DNA from: Octopus sinensis
Taxonomy: Eukaryota
Reading direction: 5' to 3'
DNA length: 37,366 bases
Assembly: GCF_006345805.1 (NCBI RefSeq)
Contig: NW_021824652.1
Location: 1-37,366, forward strand
The position numbers and the translations under genes are program-made. Shown one piece after another: positions 1 through 10,942 of this stretch. The first letter of the stretch is position 1; each line of letters opens with the position of its first letter. The notes under the pieces were generated by a model. It was not told where the DNA came from. It worked only from the letters and a program-made list of their open reading frames with translations, and ran no database searches.

Positions 1-185
1 TTGATTTTCAAAGAGATATTTATATCTACAGGGCAGCTGACCTCTATGACGGTACATACTTTTGCCCCTCTATCCCAAACAACAATACTCGGCTTGTTAT
101 GCTTACATTTGACAGAAGTTTTGATGGGAATACACCACCAGTATTCCTTGAGTCGGTGTTTATGAATTTATTCCATAACAGAGGA
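1..185 (-). mobile_element. R4/Dong-like non-LTR retrotransposon fragment, RLE domain (runs off window edge)
   Basis: Minus strand translates by hand as EYWWCIPIKTSVKCKHNKPSIVVWDRGAKVCTVIEVSCPVDINISLKI. This matches the WW..I.T....HNRPDIVV.D.....C.IIEVSCP.D.N pattern of R4-clade RLE domains. The upstream junction is (CATA)n. Confidence 0.75.
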
Positions 186-264
186 ATGTATGCATGTATG
201 TATGTATATATACATGTATGCAATTATGCATGTATGAATGTATGTATGTAAACATACGTATGTT

Positions 265-683
265 CTCTTTTTAATTTAGAGCAAATTTTGACCTGCCTCC
301 TATTTTGTAGCAAGGTGGTGAAGGAAACCAACTTGTTTCAACCATCACCCTTTAAATCTTAAGAAGGTCTTGAAGACTTTTATAGTCCCACATAAGGATT
401 TGCGTTCTCTCCCTATGAACCTAAGTTCAGCATTACTTTGCGCCAGACGAGTTGGAACATACCCTGTTGCTCCAATAATAACAGGTATGAAATAGAAAAT
501 TATCTTGGCTACTGGATTTGCAAGCTCTTTATAAATGGTCCATAGATCTTCTCTTTGCCTTGTATTTTTCTAACCACACTGGTCTCCAGAGGACAGTTGA
601 TTTCCATAACAGAATATATCTTTTTTATTGTGGCCCTACACAACATCTGGCCAGTTGTGTTTTAACATTGTGGTTATCTTCAT
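265..683 (-). mobile_element. R4/Dong-like retrotransposon 3' end (degenerate RLE C-terminus plus short 3'UTR), 5'-truncated
   Basis: Minus strand, with stops and frameshifts: KHNWPDVV / VMEINCPLETSVVRKIQGKEKIYGP / FIPVIIGATGYVP / GTIKVFKTFLRFKG*, stop at 345-347. Flanked on both sides by (CATA)n. Confidence 0.75.
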
Positions 684-712
684 TGTATGTATATACATAT
701 GTATGTATATAC

Positions 713-743
<31 letters not shown>

Positions 744-820
744 TGTATGTATGTATGTATGTATGTGTGTGTGTGTATGTATGTATGTATGTATGATGTG
801 TGTGTGTGTGTATGTATGTA
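684..820. repeat. (TATG)n/(TG)n microsatellite
   Basis: Direct reading. Confidence 0.95.
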
Positions 821-1035
821 AAGTTAATCCAAACATGAAAACACGAAGAGAAAACACAACACGAAGACGTGGAAGAAGTATAGTGGTATTGGACGCTCAT
901 GAAATGAAAGAAAGAAGGAGGATTTAACGTTTCGAGCGGAGCACTTCGTCAGAAACATAGGAAAAGGTAAGATCCAAGGAAGGGAAGACGGAGGAAAAAA
1001 ACTGCCAACGATACACATGCGGTCACATATTGAAT
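820..1035 (-). mobile_element. Short non-coding HHR-bearing element (PLE-type 3' end) within TATG microsatellite
   Basis: Contains the HHR at 922-957. Shares the HHR layout and the downstream TTTC(A/C)TGAGCG..AATAC segment with 24694-24890. Confidence 0.6.
922..957 (-). ncRNA. Minimal type I hammerhead ribozyme motif
   Basis: Reverse complement reads tgttt-CTGACGA-a-gtgc-tcc-gctc-GAAA-cg-TT-aaat. Core is intact, stem II has one mismatch and stem I is weak. Confidence 0.6.
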
Positions 1036-1545
1036 GGTCCCATATGCATGTATCTATGTAAGTAAGTATGTACGTATGTATGTATGTATGTATGTATGTA
1101 TGTATGTATGTATGTATGTATGTATGTATGTATGTATGTCATTATTCAGTATCATTTCAAGATTTCTTGCTAATAGAGAAAGAACCGGTTTCTAACCTAG
1201 ATCGAAGGCTTCTTCATTGGACTTTCAACATCAACAACAGGGTATTTTTGTATGTAAGTTTGTTTGTATGTATACGTGCATATTTGTATGTTTTGTTTTA
1301 TATATATGTTTTGTTTTATGTAATGTTTGTATGTTTTCGTCTTGCCGATATGACAAATTAGTATAGAGGTTAAAAGTTGACAAAAGACAAGCAATAGTTT
1401 TATTAAGACAACATCTCTCGGAGAGAGAGCAGCAAATATATTTAACCTCATAACTCCTAAATTATCAATAAGCAAGAAAAATTATAGCCTTTCTCAGTTT
1501 ACGTAAGCGTAAAAGACTAATGGAAAAAAACTTAAATCGTGTTAC

Positions 1546-1546
<1 letters not shown>

Positions 1547-1609
<63 letters not shown>

Positions 1610-2689
1610 GTGTGTATGTGTGTGTGTGCATTAAAATGTCAATAATGCAGCAACAATTGCCAGATAATATGATTCTTTGCATGCAATAAAATGTTGCTGA
1701 AACGTAAAGAACCCTTAGAAAGAGTCCAGGCTTTCGCTATTGTTGTGTTCTTCCCAGAAGAGCGTAGTATTTATAGCATCAAGAATTATCAACAACAGAC
1801 ACCGTGGGGTTAACAGAAAACACAGACACACAGACACACACATACGCACAACAATATATATATATATGCACACACGCACGTAGACACACGCACAAACATA
1901 CCAATATATATATGCACACATACACACACATACATATATATATATATATGTATATATGTACACACACACACACTAATATATATATATATATACACATACA
2001 CACGCATAAATATATATATATATAAATACACACATACACACATACCCATATATACACACACACACACCAATATATATACACACACACAACAATATATATA
2101 TACATACACATCAATATATATATATATATATATATAATATACACACACCAATATATGTACACATACATCAATATATATATATATACACACACACAACAAT
2201 ATATATACATACACATCATTATATATATATATATATATATTTATATACACATTAATATATATACACACACACACCAATACACACGCACACACACACACAT
2301 ACTCACACATACACATACGCAAAGAGATATACGCACCTACATTCGCCCACTCGCTCAATCATTCACCCACGATAATTGTATTAAAACTTAAAATACATAA
2401 TTCTATTCGTTTCCTTTTTTGTCGTTATTTTATTTAATTTTTTTTTCTTTATTCTGGTTTTCGTATTTGTCTGCCGTAAATTTAACAATGGTTGCCTATA
2501 TTTAGAGCATTCAGTTGACTCGGAAGATTTTTCAGATAACGTTCGAGGAAGACACAGCAGACGGCTTGTCATTTATTCTTCACTAGAGAATTTTATACGG
2601 ATCAGCTTCGATATTCATATACACATGCATACATACATACATACATACATACATACATACATACATACATACATACATACATGCATGTA

Positions 2690-2721
<32 letters not shown>

Positions 2722-3355
2722 CATACATACATACATACATATACATACATACATACATGCATACATACATACATACATACATGCATACATATATACATAC
2801 ATATATCGATACATACATACATACATACATACATACATACATACATGCATACATACATACATACATACATACATACATACATGCATACATATATACATAC
2901 ATACATCAATATATACATACATACATACATGCATACATGCATACATACATACATACATAGATACATGCATACATACATACATAGATATATACATACATGC
3001 ATACATACATACATGCATGCATACATACATACATACATTGATACATACATACATGCATACATACATATACATATATATACATACATATATATATACATAT
3101 ATATGCATGTTGGTGTATGTATATATATATATGTATTTGTGTGTGTGTGTATATTTAAATAAATGTACATATAATGCATATATATATACATACATTACAT
3201 ACATGTGTGTGTGTGGGCATATATATATACATATATATATATATATTATATATATATACATATATATATATTATATATATATACATCTATATATATATAT
3301 GTATGTATATACTCTATATATATATTGAGTGTGCATATATATATATATATATGTT

Positions 3356-3433
<78 letters not shown>

Positions 3434-3438
3434 TGTAT

Positions 3439-3470
<32 letters not shown>

Positions 3471-4062
3471 CTGTCACACCACACACACACACACACGTAC
3501 ATAACTGATGATAAAGGTGCATGCGACTTGAAACAGAAAATTGGTTTACAAAGTAACGGAAGAACTGTATATACATAGCATGCATGTATGCATATGTGTG
3601 TATGTATATGTATGTATGTATGCATCCATGTATGTATGTATGTATGGATGGATGTATGGATGTATGTGTGTATGTATGTATGTATGTATGTGTGTATGTA
3701 AGCATTCGAGTATGTTAAGAGTTGCGTGTGAGTGCTATCGTGAAAAGGAAAAAACATTTGATAATGTAATTCTAGATACACAGTCTGATGAAAAAAAGAG
3801 CAGGATTGTCACGACTAGATTGTCGTTCATCATAAATCTGCTATATCTGGGCTGACCTGAGATAGTCACTAACTAGGCCACCTTACAAAACCACACATAT
3901 TGTATGTGATCTATATATTTTACATGTGTATATATGTTTGTGTGTGCATATGCATAGAACACATACCTATATATACACACAGATATAGATTAGTAGATAG
4001 ATAGATGATCGATAGAGAGATTGAGAGACAAACAGACAGATGATAGAATGATTGATAGATAA

Positions 4063-4139
<77 letters not shown>

Positions 4140-4290
4140 CAGATAGGTAGATAGGTAGATAGATAGATAGGTAGATAGATATATAGATAGATAGATATAT
4201 AGATAGATAGATAGATAGATAGATAGGTAGATAAATATGTCTGTATTTGTGTGTAAGTATTTAAGTATGTATATACGTATGTATGCATGT
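1547..4290. repeat. Microsatellite field: (GT)n, (TA)n/(CA)n mosaics, (TACA)n, (TA)n, (GATA)n, with short unique spacers
   Basis: Direct reading. Source of the YI/HT/MYVC-type spurious ORFs. Confidence 0.95.
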
Positions 4291-4641
4291 ATGTTTCAAG
4301 CCTTTTTTTTTTTTGCAGTTTTTCGATTCTTCATACAAATAAGGAAGTGATCTCTAACAGAAAAAAAAAATGAAGAAAAATGCGTATAAGAATTTTGCCT
4401 ACAACAGTGATGAAGTAAGTGTTTACATGTTGAACTTCCGAAGAATGATGCAAAATTTCTTATCTTGCAGATTGTATTTTCAAAAGTACGTGTTATCTGG
4501 TCATTTCCTTTCCCTGGAAACCTCCGGCATTTCGAGATTAACACTTAGACATTTAGTAACATAGCCAAATAGATCGGTAATTCGAAGAACAAATGTAAAT
4601 TTGGAATCGTGATACAAAACGTATAGCTTTCGACATAGTTA

Positions 4642-4873
4642 TTCTTTTATTTCTTTTACTTGTTTCAGTCATCTGACTGCCGCCATGCTGGAGCACCGCC
4701 TTTAGTCGAGTAAATCGGCCCCGGGATTTATTCTTTGTAAGCCTAGTACTTATTCTATCATCGCTTTTGCCAAACCGCCGACTGACGGGGACGTAGACAT
4801 ACGAGCATCGGCTGTCAAGCGATGTTGGGGGAACAAGCACAGACACACACAAACACATACATATGTATATATT

Positions 4874-4918
<45 letters not shown>

Positions 4919-5079
4919 CGGCCTTCTTTCTGTTTCCGTCTACTAAATCCACTCAAAAGGCTTTGGCCGGCCCGAGGCTATAGTAGAAACCACTTACCCA
5001 AGATACTACGCAGTGGGACTGAATCCAGAACCATGTGGTTGGGTAGCAAGCTTCCTACCACACTGCGACGACTGCCCCT
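4642..5079 (-). mobile_element. tRNA-derived SINE, family A (internal TA/CA microsatellite)
   Basis: Homologous to 19110-19530, 10141-10527, 21772-22165 and others. The family head has an A box TGGCTGTGTGG and a B-box-like GGTTCAGTCC, followed by CCTTGGGCAAGTG. Confidence 0.85.
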
Positions 5080-5160
5080 ATGTATACACACACACACACA
5101 CTCTCTCTCTCTCTCTCTCTCTCACACACACCCACACACACACATAGATATATATATATA

Positions 5161-5323
5161 CGACAGGCTTCTTTAAGTTTCCGTCTACCAAATCCACTCA
5201 CAAGGCTTTGGTTAGCCCAAGGCTATAGTAGAAAACACTTACCCTAGGTGCCACGCAGTGAGACTGAACCCGGAACCATATGGTTGGGAAGCAAGCTTCT
5301 TACCACACAGCCACTCCTGCGCC
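5161..5323 (-). mobile_element. SINE family A, head half only
   Basis: Reverse complement begins GGCGCAGGAGTGGCTGTGTGGTAAG...GGTTCAGTC. Confidence 0.85.
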
Positions 5324-5339
5324 TATATATTCTCTTTCT

Positions 5340-5510
5340 GGCTGATTTTCAATTTTCATATGCAGGGCAGCTGGCCTCATTCAAGTATTTCTTTTCTTTC
5401 CCAACCAACAACATCAGACCTATTATGATTGCATTTGCTAGACGTTCTGATGACACTATTCCACCAATGTTCCCTCTTATTGAAATGTTTGTATGCGTCC
5501 AACTTCAGAA
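5340..5510 (-). mobile_element. Third degenerate R4/Dong-like RLE fragment
   Basis: Minus strand reads REHWWNSVIRTSSKCNHNRSDVVGWERKE then (frameshift) EASCPAYEN, paralleling the fragment at 1-185. Confidence 0.6.
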
Positions 5511-5524
5511 AGATTTGTTTATAT

Positions 5525-5915
5525 ATATTTCTTTATTGCCCACAGTGCGGGAGGGGTCTAAACATAGAGGGGACAAACAAGGACAGACAAACGGATTAAG
5601 TCGATTATATCGACCCGAAAGGATAAAAGGCAAAGTCGACCTTGGCGTAATTTGAACTCAGAACATAACGGCAGACGAAATATCTATTTCGTTACTACCC
5701 ACAAGGAGCTAAACACAGAGGTGACAAACAAGGACAGACAAACGGGTTGAGTCGATCACATCGACCCCAGTGCGTCACTGGTACTTAATTTATCGACTTC
5801 GAAAGGATGAAAAGCAAAGTCGACCTCGGCGAAATTTGAACTCAGAACGTAACGGCAGACGACATACGACTACGCATTTCGCCCGGCGTGCTAACGTTTC
5901 TGCCAGCTCGCTGCC
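5525..5915 (-). mobile_element. SINE family B, tandem/nested copies
   Basis: Matches the family B consensus seen at 29325-29558 (GGCGGCGAGCTGGCAGAA...GAGTTCAAATTCCGCCGAGGTCGACTTTGCC). The body is duplicated. Confidence 0.85.
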
Positions 5916-6367
5916 CTGATTTGTGTATATTTATTGCTATTCGGTTTTTTTTTTGGGTGGGGGGGTGTCGCTTGATCCCTCTACTCTGCACTCCATCGTC
6001 AGATGCTATGAAGGAGGTAAAATTTATTCGTGTTTCACAAATGATAAACAAAAGTTGCAGAGGAAGGATAGATCAACGAAAAGCGAAAGTACAACAATAA
6101 AAATATTTCCGTGTTAATTCAAATAACATTGGATAGATCTAAAATAATGGAATAACGAATTTATTTGTCAACCCAATATCCAAGACCTGTCTTCCTTTTT
6201 GATGGCACGGTACATTGTTTTAGCAGAAATGTCCATCATATTACGTTGGGAGTTACGGACTTAATTGAATAAAATCATCCTTCTACATTAAAATGAAAGT
6301 ACTTTAACGAGAATTTTCGACAGATGCTGAACATATTTTTTTTACTTTCTTTCATTCCTTTACTTGT

Positions 6368-6748
6368 GGATACGCAATGACCCAGTGGTTAGCGCAGCGG
6401 ACTCGTGGTCGTAAGATCGTGGTTTCGATTCCCAGACCGGGCGTTGTGCGTGTTTATTGAGCGAAACCACCTAAAGCTCCACGAGGATCCGGCGGGGAGT
6501 GGTGGCGAACCCTGCTTTACTCTTTTCCCACAACTTTCTCTCACTCTTTCTTCCTGTTTCTGTTGTACCTGTATTTCAACAGGGCCAGCTTTATCAAACT
6601 CTGTATCACGCTGAATCTCCCCGAGAACTACATTAAGGGTACACGTGTCTGTGGAGTGCTCAGCCACTTGCACGTTAATTTCATGAGCAGGCTGTTCCGT
6701 TGATCGGTTCAACTGCAACCCTCGTTGTCGTAACCGACGGAGTGCCAC
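6368..6748 (+). mobile_element. tRNA-derived SINE, family C
   Basis: Head TGACCCAGTGGTTAG (A box)...GGTTTCGATTCCC (B box). Collinear with the minus-strand copy at 18408-18777. Inserted at the tail of a family A SINE. Confidence 0.85.
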
Positions 6749-6986
6749 TATTCTTTACTTCATTCAGTCAACTGACTGCGGCCTTTAGTTGAAAAAATCG
6801 ACCCCAGGGCTTATTCTTTGTAAGCCTAGTAATCATTCTATCGAACTCTTTTGCCGAACCTCTAAGTTACGGGGAAGTAAACACCAACACCGGTTGTCAA
6901 ACGATCGTGGGGACAAACACAGGCACACAAGCATATATATATATATATCTCAAAATTCAATATATAATCATTTATGATTATAGTAT

Positions 6987-7093
6987 TCTACGCTGAAGAG
7001 AAAAGAAGTTTCGGTAAGATAGAATTATTTAATATTTAATATTTAATTCTTATGCTTTCCTAAAAACTTGATTTCGAAACGTACGTCCGTGGA
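6987..7093 (+). ncRNA. Type I hammerhead ribozyme, unit 1
   Basis: Stem I TCTACG(6987-92)/CGTGGA(7088-93); CTGAAGA 6993-99; long stem II hairpin (GAAA/TTTC, AAGTTT/AAACTT, GAATTA/TAATTC); GAAA 7076-79; palindromic stem III ACGTACGT; GUC cleavage triplet 7085-87. Confidence 0.85.
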
Positions 7094-7584
7094 TAACTAA
7101 AAAAATGTATGATAGATTGCAGTCAATTCATTCTCTCTTACCTGTTTGTGTCTGCCTTCCAAATGCTGTTTTTTACTGAGATCTCCCTTTTTAGTAGAAG
7201 AAATAGCTATAACCCTTTGACTGCTATTTCTAAATTCGGTATGTGGTAAGGCAACTCGTTGCTAAACCCTTATTGCTTAGTATTACTTAATTTTTCCTCG
7301 AATGAGGCTTTTACATGCCGAAGACTACTTGGTGTAATTGATAATTTTTCCAAATTAATTAATTTCACCCTTCATTATTACGGATAACCATATTTTATCT
7401 CAGTAGATGACCACAGCATCTTGTTTTGGCTACACGCGGTGGGAAGGGGCTGTGGACACAATCGTTTCATTCACAAATTGAATTCGGTGATACCAGTTGC
7501 GGATTCTAGCTCGCTCTGATACTGAGTTGAGTTGGTGCCTTCTGGTATCTCAAAATTCATATATAACATTTATGATTATAGTAT

Positions 7585-7690
7585 TCTACGCTGAAGAGAA
7601 AGAAGTTTCGGTAAGATAGAATTATTTAATATTTAATATTTAATTCTTATGCTTTCCTAAAAACTTGATTTCGAAACGTACGTCCGTGGA
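7585..7690 (+). ncRNA. Type I hammerhead ribozyme, unit 2
   Basis: Same elements as unit 1, with core and GUC site intact. Confidence 0.85.
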
Positions 7691-8179
7691 TAACTAAAAA
7701 AATGTATGATAGATTGCAGTCAATTCATTCTCTCTTACCTGTTTGGTGTCTGCCTTCCAATGCTGTTTTTACTGAGATCTCCCTTTTTAGTAGAAGAAAT
7801 AGCTATAACCCTTTGACTGCTATTTCTAAATTCGGTATGTGGTAAGGCAACTCGTTGCTAAACCTTATTGCTTAGTATTACTTAAATTTTCCTCGAATGA
7901 GGCTTTTACATGCCGAAGACTACTTGGTGTAATTGATAATTTTTCCAAATTAATTAATTTCACCCTTCATTATTACGGATAACCATATTTTATCTCAGTA
8001 GATGACCACAGCATCTTGTTTTGGCTACACGCGGGGGAAGGGGCTGTTGACACAATCGTTTCATTCACAAATTGAATTCGGTGATACCAGTTGCGGATTC
8101 TAGCTCGCTCTGATACTGAGTTGAGTTGGTGCCTTCTGGTATCTCAAAATTCATATATAATCATTTATGATTATAGTAT

Positions 8180-8284
8180 TCTACCTGAAGAGAAAAGAAG
8201 TTTCGGTAAGATAGAATTATTTAATATTTAAATTTAATTCTTATGCTTTCCTAAAAACTTGATTTCGAAACGTACGTCCGTGGA
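8180..8284 (+). ncRNA. Type I hammerhead ribozyme, unit 3
   Basis: Same motif, but one G of stem I is missing (CTAC-CTGAAGA); this could be a mutation or a sequencing indel. Confidence 0.75.
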
Positions 8285-9798
8285 TAACTAAAAAAATGTA
8301 TGATAGATTGCAGTCAATTCATTCTCTCTTACCTGTTTGTGTCTGCCTTCCAATGCTGTTTTTACTGAGATCTCCCTTTTAGTAAGAAGAAATAGCTATA
8401 ACCCTTTGACTGCTATTTCTAATTCGGTATGTAAGCAACTCGTTGCTAAACCCTTATTGCTTAGTATTACTTAAATTTTCCTCGAATGAGGCTTTTACAT
8501 GCCGAAGACTACTTGGTGTAATTGATAATTTTTCCAAATTAATTAATTTCACCCTTCATTATTACGGATATATATATATATATATACGACCAGCTTCTTT
8601 CATGTGGTTGGGAAGCAGGCTTCTTACCACGAAGGGCTTCTTTCAGTTTCCGTCTACCAAATCCATTCACAAGGCTTTGGTCGGCTCGTGGTTATAGCAG
8701 AAGACACTTGCCCAACGTGCAACGCAGTGGGACTGAACTCGGAATTAAGTAACTGGAAAGCAAACTTCCTACCACACAGCCACACGTTGCTCCTATTTAA
8801 GAATAAAAATAAATACACTCTGGCTTTTCTTTCTGTCTTTCCTTTGTTAATTACTTCACTAATTATTAATTATTCTCTCATTTGTTTCTCTTCTAGGGCA
8901 TCATGTATGATCTGGCAGAATATTTTATATTTCCTTTCGCACGTGCAAAGTACGTTGTGCAAAGTGCATCTGCTTGCCTATCGAGGTCTTCGACTGTTAT
9001 AGATATCTAACTATTACAACTGTATGAATTATAACAACGCCAGGAATATTAAAATATTTATTAAATAAATATTTATAGATCGGTTACAATACAAAATATT
9101 TTTGTTTGCTTAATCATCGATGCTTCCTTAACTCCAGGAAACTTTTAAAAAATGACTCCTTGCAATGCCTTTTCTTTCCATAACCAACACAAACTCGTAG
9201 TTTTCTTCCAATAAATAATCATTAAATATTTATATAACTTATGTCTGACTTATTTAATTATGAAACACAACCTTTAGCTTTTTCTCACTCTTATCTACCA
9301 ACAGAATTGGTTAATTTAAATTTCAAATTAAATTTTATTGTTTTAACTTGCCGAATATATAAACAAACGTAGATAACAGCTATTGATCTTTGATTTCTCT
9401 CCTCTCACTGCCTCTCTCTTTCTCTAAACACTCCTTCCTCTTTCTTCCTTCGCTTCACAATCACTTGCTCACAGCGTCATCCTAATTAGAGACTTCTCCT
9501 CCTCGAAAGATTTATCTATGTCACATCTCCCACCACCTCAAAAGTTTCGCCTACCTTTCTGCTTAATTCGTTCTTTCTCATCAATTATTCTGTCTGTCTT
9601 CCATTCTATTTTCTTTAACAATCTAAACGGTTTAAGATTATATCTTTCCAGTGATATTTCTGACGAGTTATTTCTTGTGGTGAAACACGTTATAGAATGA
9701 TTGGCTCAGTGCAATGACAAACGAAAATTACGATTATGTAAGACCGTAGGACACAGTTATAACTGCCTCTCTTTCAAAAGTCCCAAAACTTCGCGAAT

Positions 9799-10009
9799 CT
9801 TTTCTACTCTAGGCACAAGGCTCGAAATTTTATGGGGCGGAACAGTCGATTAGATCGACCCCAGTGTGCAACTGGTACTTAATTGGTCGACCCCAAAAGA
9901 AGAAAGGCAAAGTCGACCTCGGCGGAATTTGAACTCATAACGTAACGGCAAACGAAATACCGCTAAGCATTTCGCCCGGCGTGCTAACGATTCTGCCAGC
10001 TCGCCGCCT
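9799..10009 (-). mobile_element. SINE family B with diverged target-site duplication (TSD)
   Basis: Family B match. Flanks are TCCCAAAACTTCGCGAAT (9781-98) and TCCTAAAACCTCGGGAAT (10010-27). Confidence 0.85.
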
Positions 10010-10046
10010 TCCTAAAACCTCGGGAATGCAACTCCATTGAGTGTGT

Positions 10047-10111
<65 letters not shown>

Positions 10112-10140
10112 CGTGTGCGTGTGCGCGTGTGTGTACATAT

Positions 10141-10326
10141 TCTTTTATTCTTATACTTGTTTCAGTCATTTGACTGCAGCCATGCTGGAGCACTGCTTTA
10201 AAGGGTGTTAGTGGGAAAAAAATCGACCCCAAGATTTAGTCTTTGTAAGCCTAGTACTTATTCTATCGATCAAATTTGTCAAAACCGCTAGGTTACGGGG
10301 ACATAAACACACACACACATATATGC

Positions 10327-10363
<37 letters not shown>

Positions 10364-10527
10364 CATACAAACACTGGATTCTTCCGGTTTCCGTCTACCA
10401 AATCCACTCACAAGGCTTTGGTCGGCGCAAGGCTATAGTTGAAGACTCTTGCCCAAGGTGCCACACAGTGGGACTGAACCCATGACCATGTGGCTGGGAA
10501 ATAACCTTCCTACCACATAGCCACGCA
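10141..10527 (-). mobile_element. SINE family A
   Basis: Collinear with the other family A copies. Confidence 0.85.
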
Positions 10528-10548
10528 TATGCATATACATATTATATA

Positions 10549-10666
<118 letters not shown>

Positions 10667-10693
10667 TATATATATATATATATTATATACATA

Positions 10694-10788
<95 letters not shown>

Positions 10789-10900
10789 ATGTATATATAT
10801 ATATAAAATATTATTAGAGACAAAACCACTATTTTGCAAAACAAACAAGGAAAGACTTAATCAATACATAAAATTTTAATAAATAGTCAAAAAAAAACCG

Positions 10901-10942
10901 CCACTACAATTGTTCTTGTCTTGATCGACAATCTTCAGGTGG
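10901..10942 (-). ncRNA. Hammerhead motif, left arm
   Basis: Reverse complement of 13613-13655, but with GAA instead of GAAA (one A lost). Confidence 0.65.

Larger units (their letters stand above)
6947..8570 (+). repeat. Tandem array of ~600-bp units (about 2.7 copies), each with a hammerhead ribozyme; retrozyme-like
   Basis: Units start ATCTCAAAATTC at 6947, 7547 and 8141 and are near-identical apart from small indels. Bounded by (TA)n on both sides. No meaningful ORF. Confidence 0.9.
6750..8793 (-). mobile_element. SINE family A split by the tandem array (3' part ~6750-6940, head part ~8587-8793)
   Basis: Both halves match family A and lie either side of the internal (TA)n that holds the 6947-8570 array. 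Confidence 0.75.

Noticed and set aside
9655-9698. CTGACGA...GAAACACGT possible hammerhead
   Set aside because: Stems I and II pair poorly (mostly G-U). It could be a decayed relic but cannot be supported.
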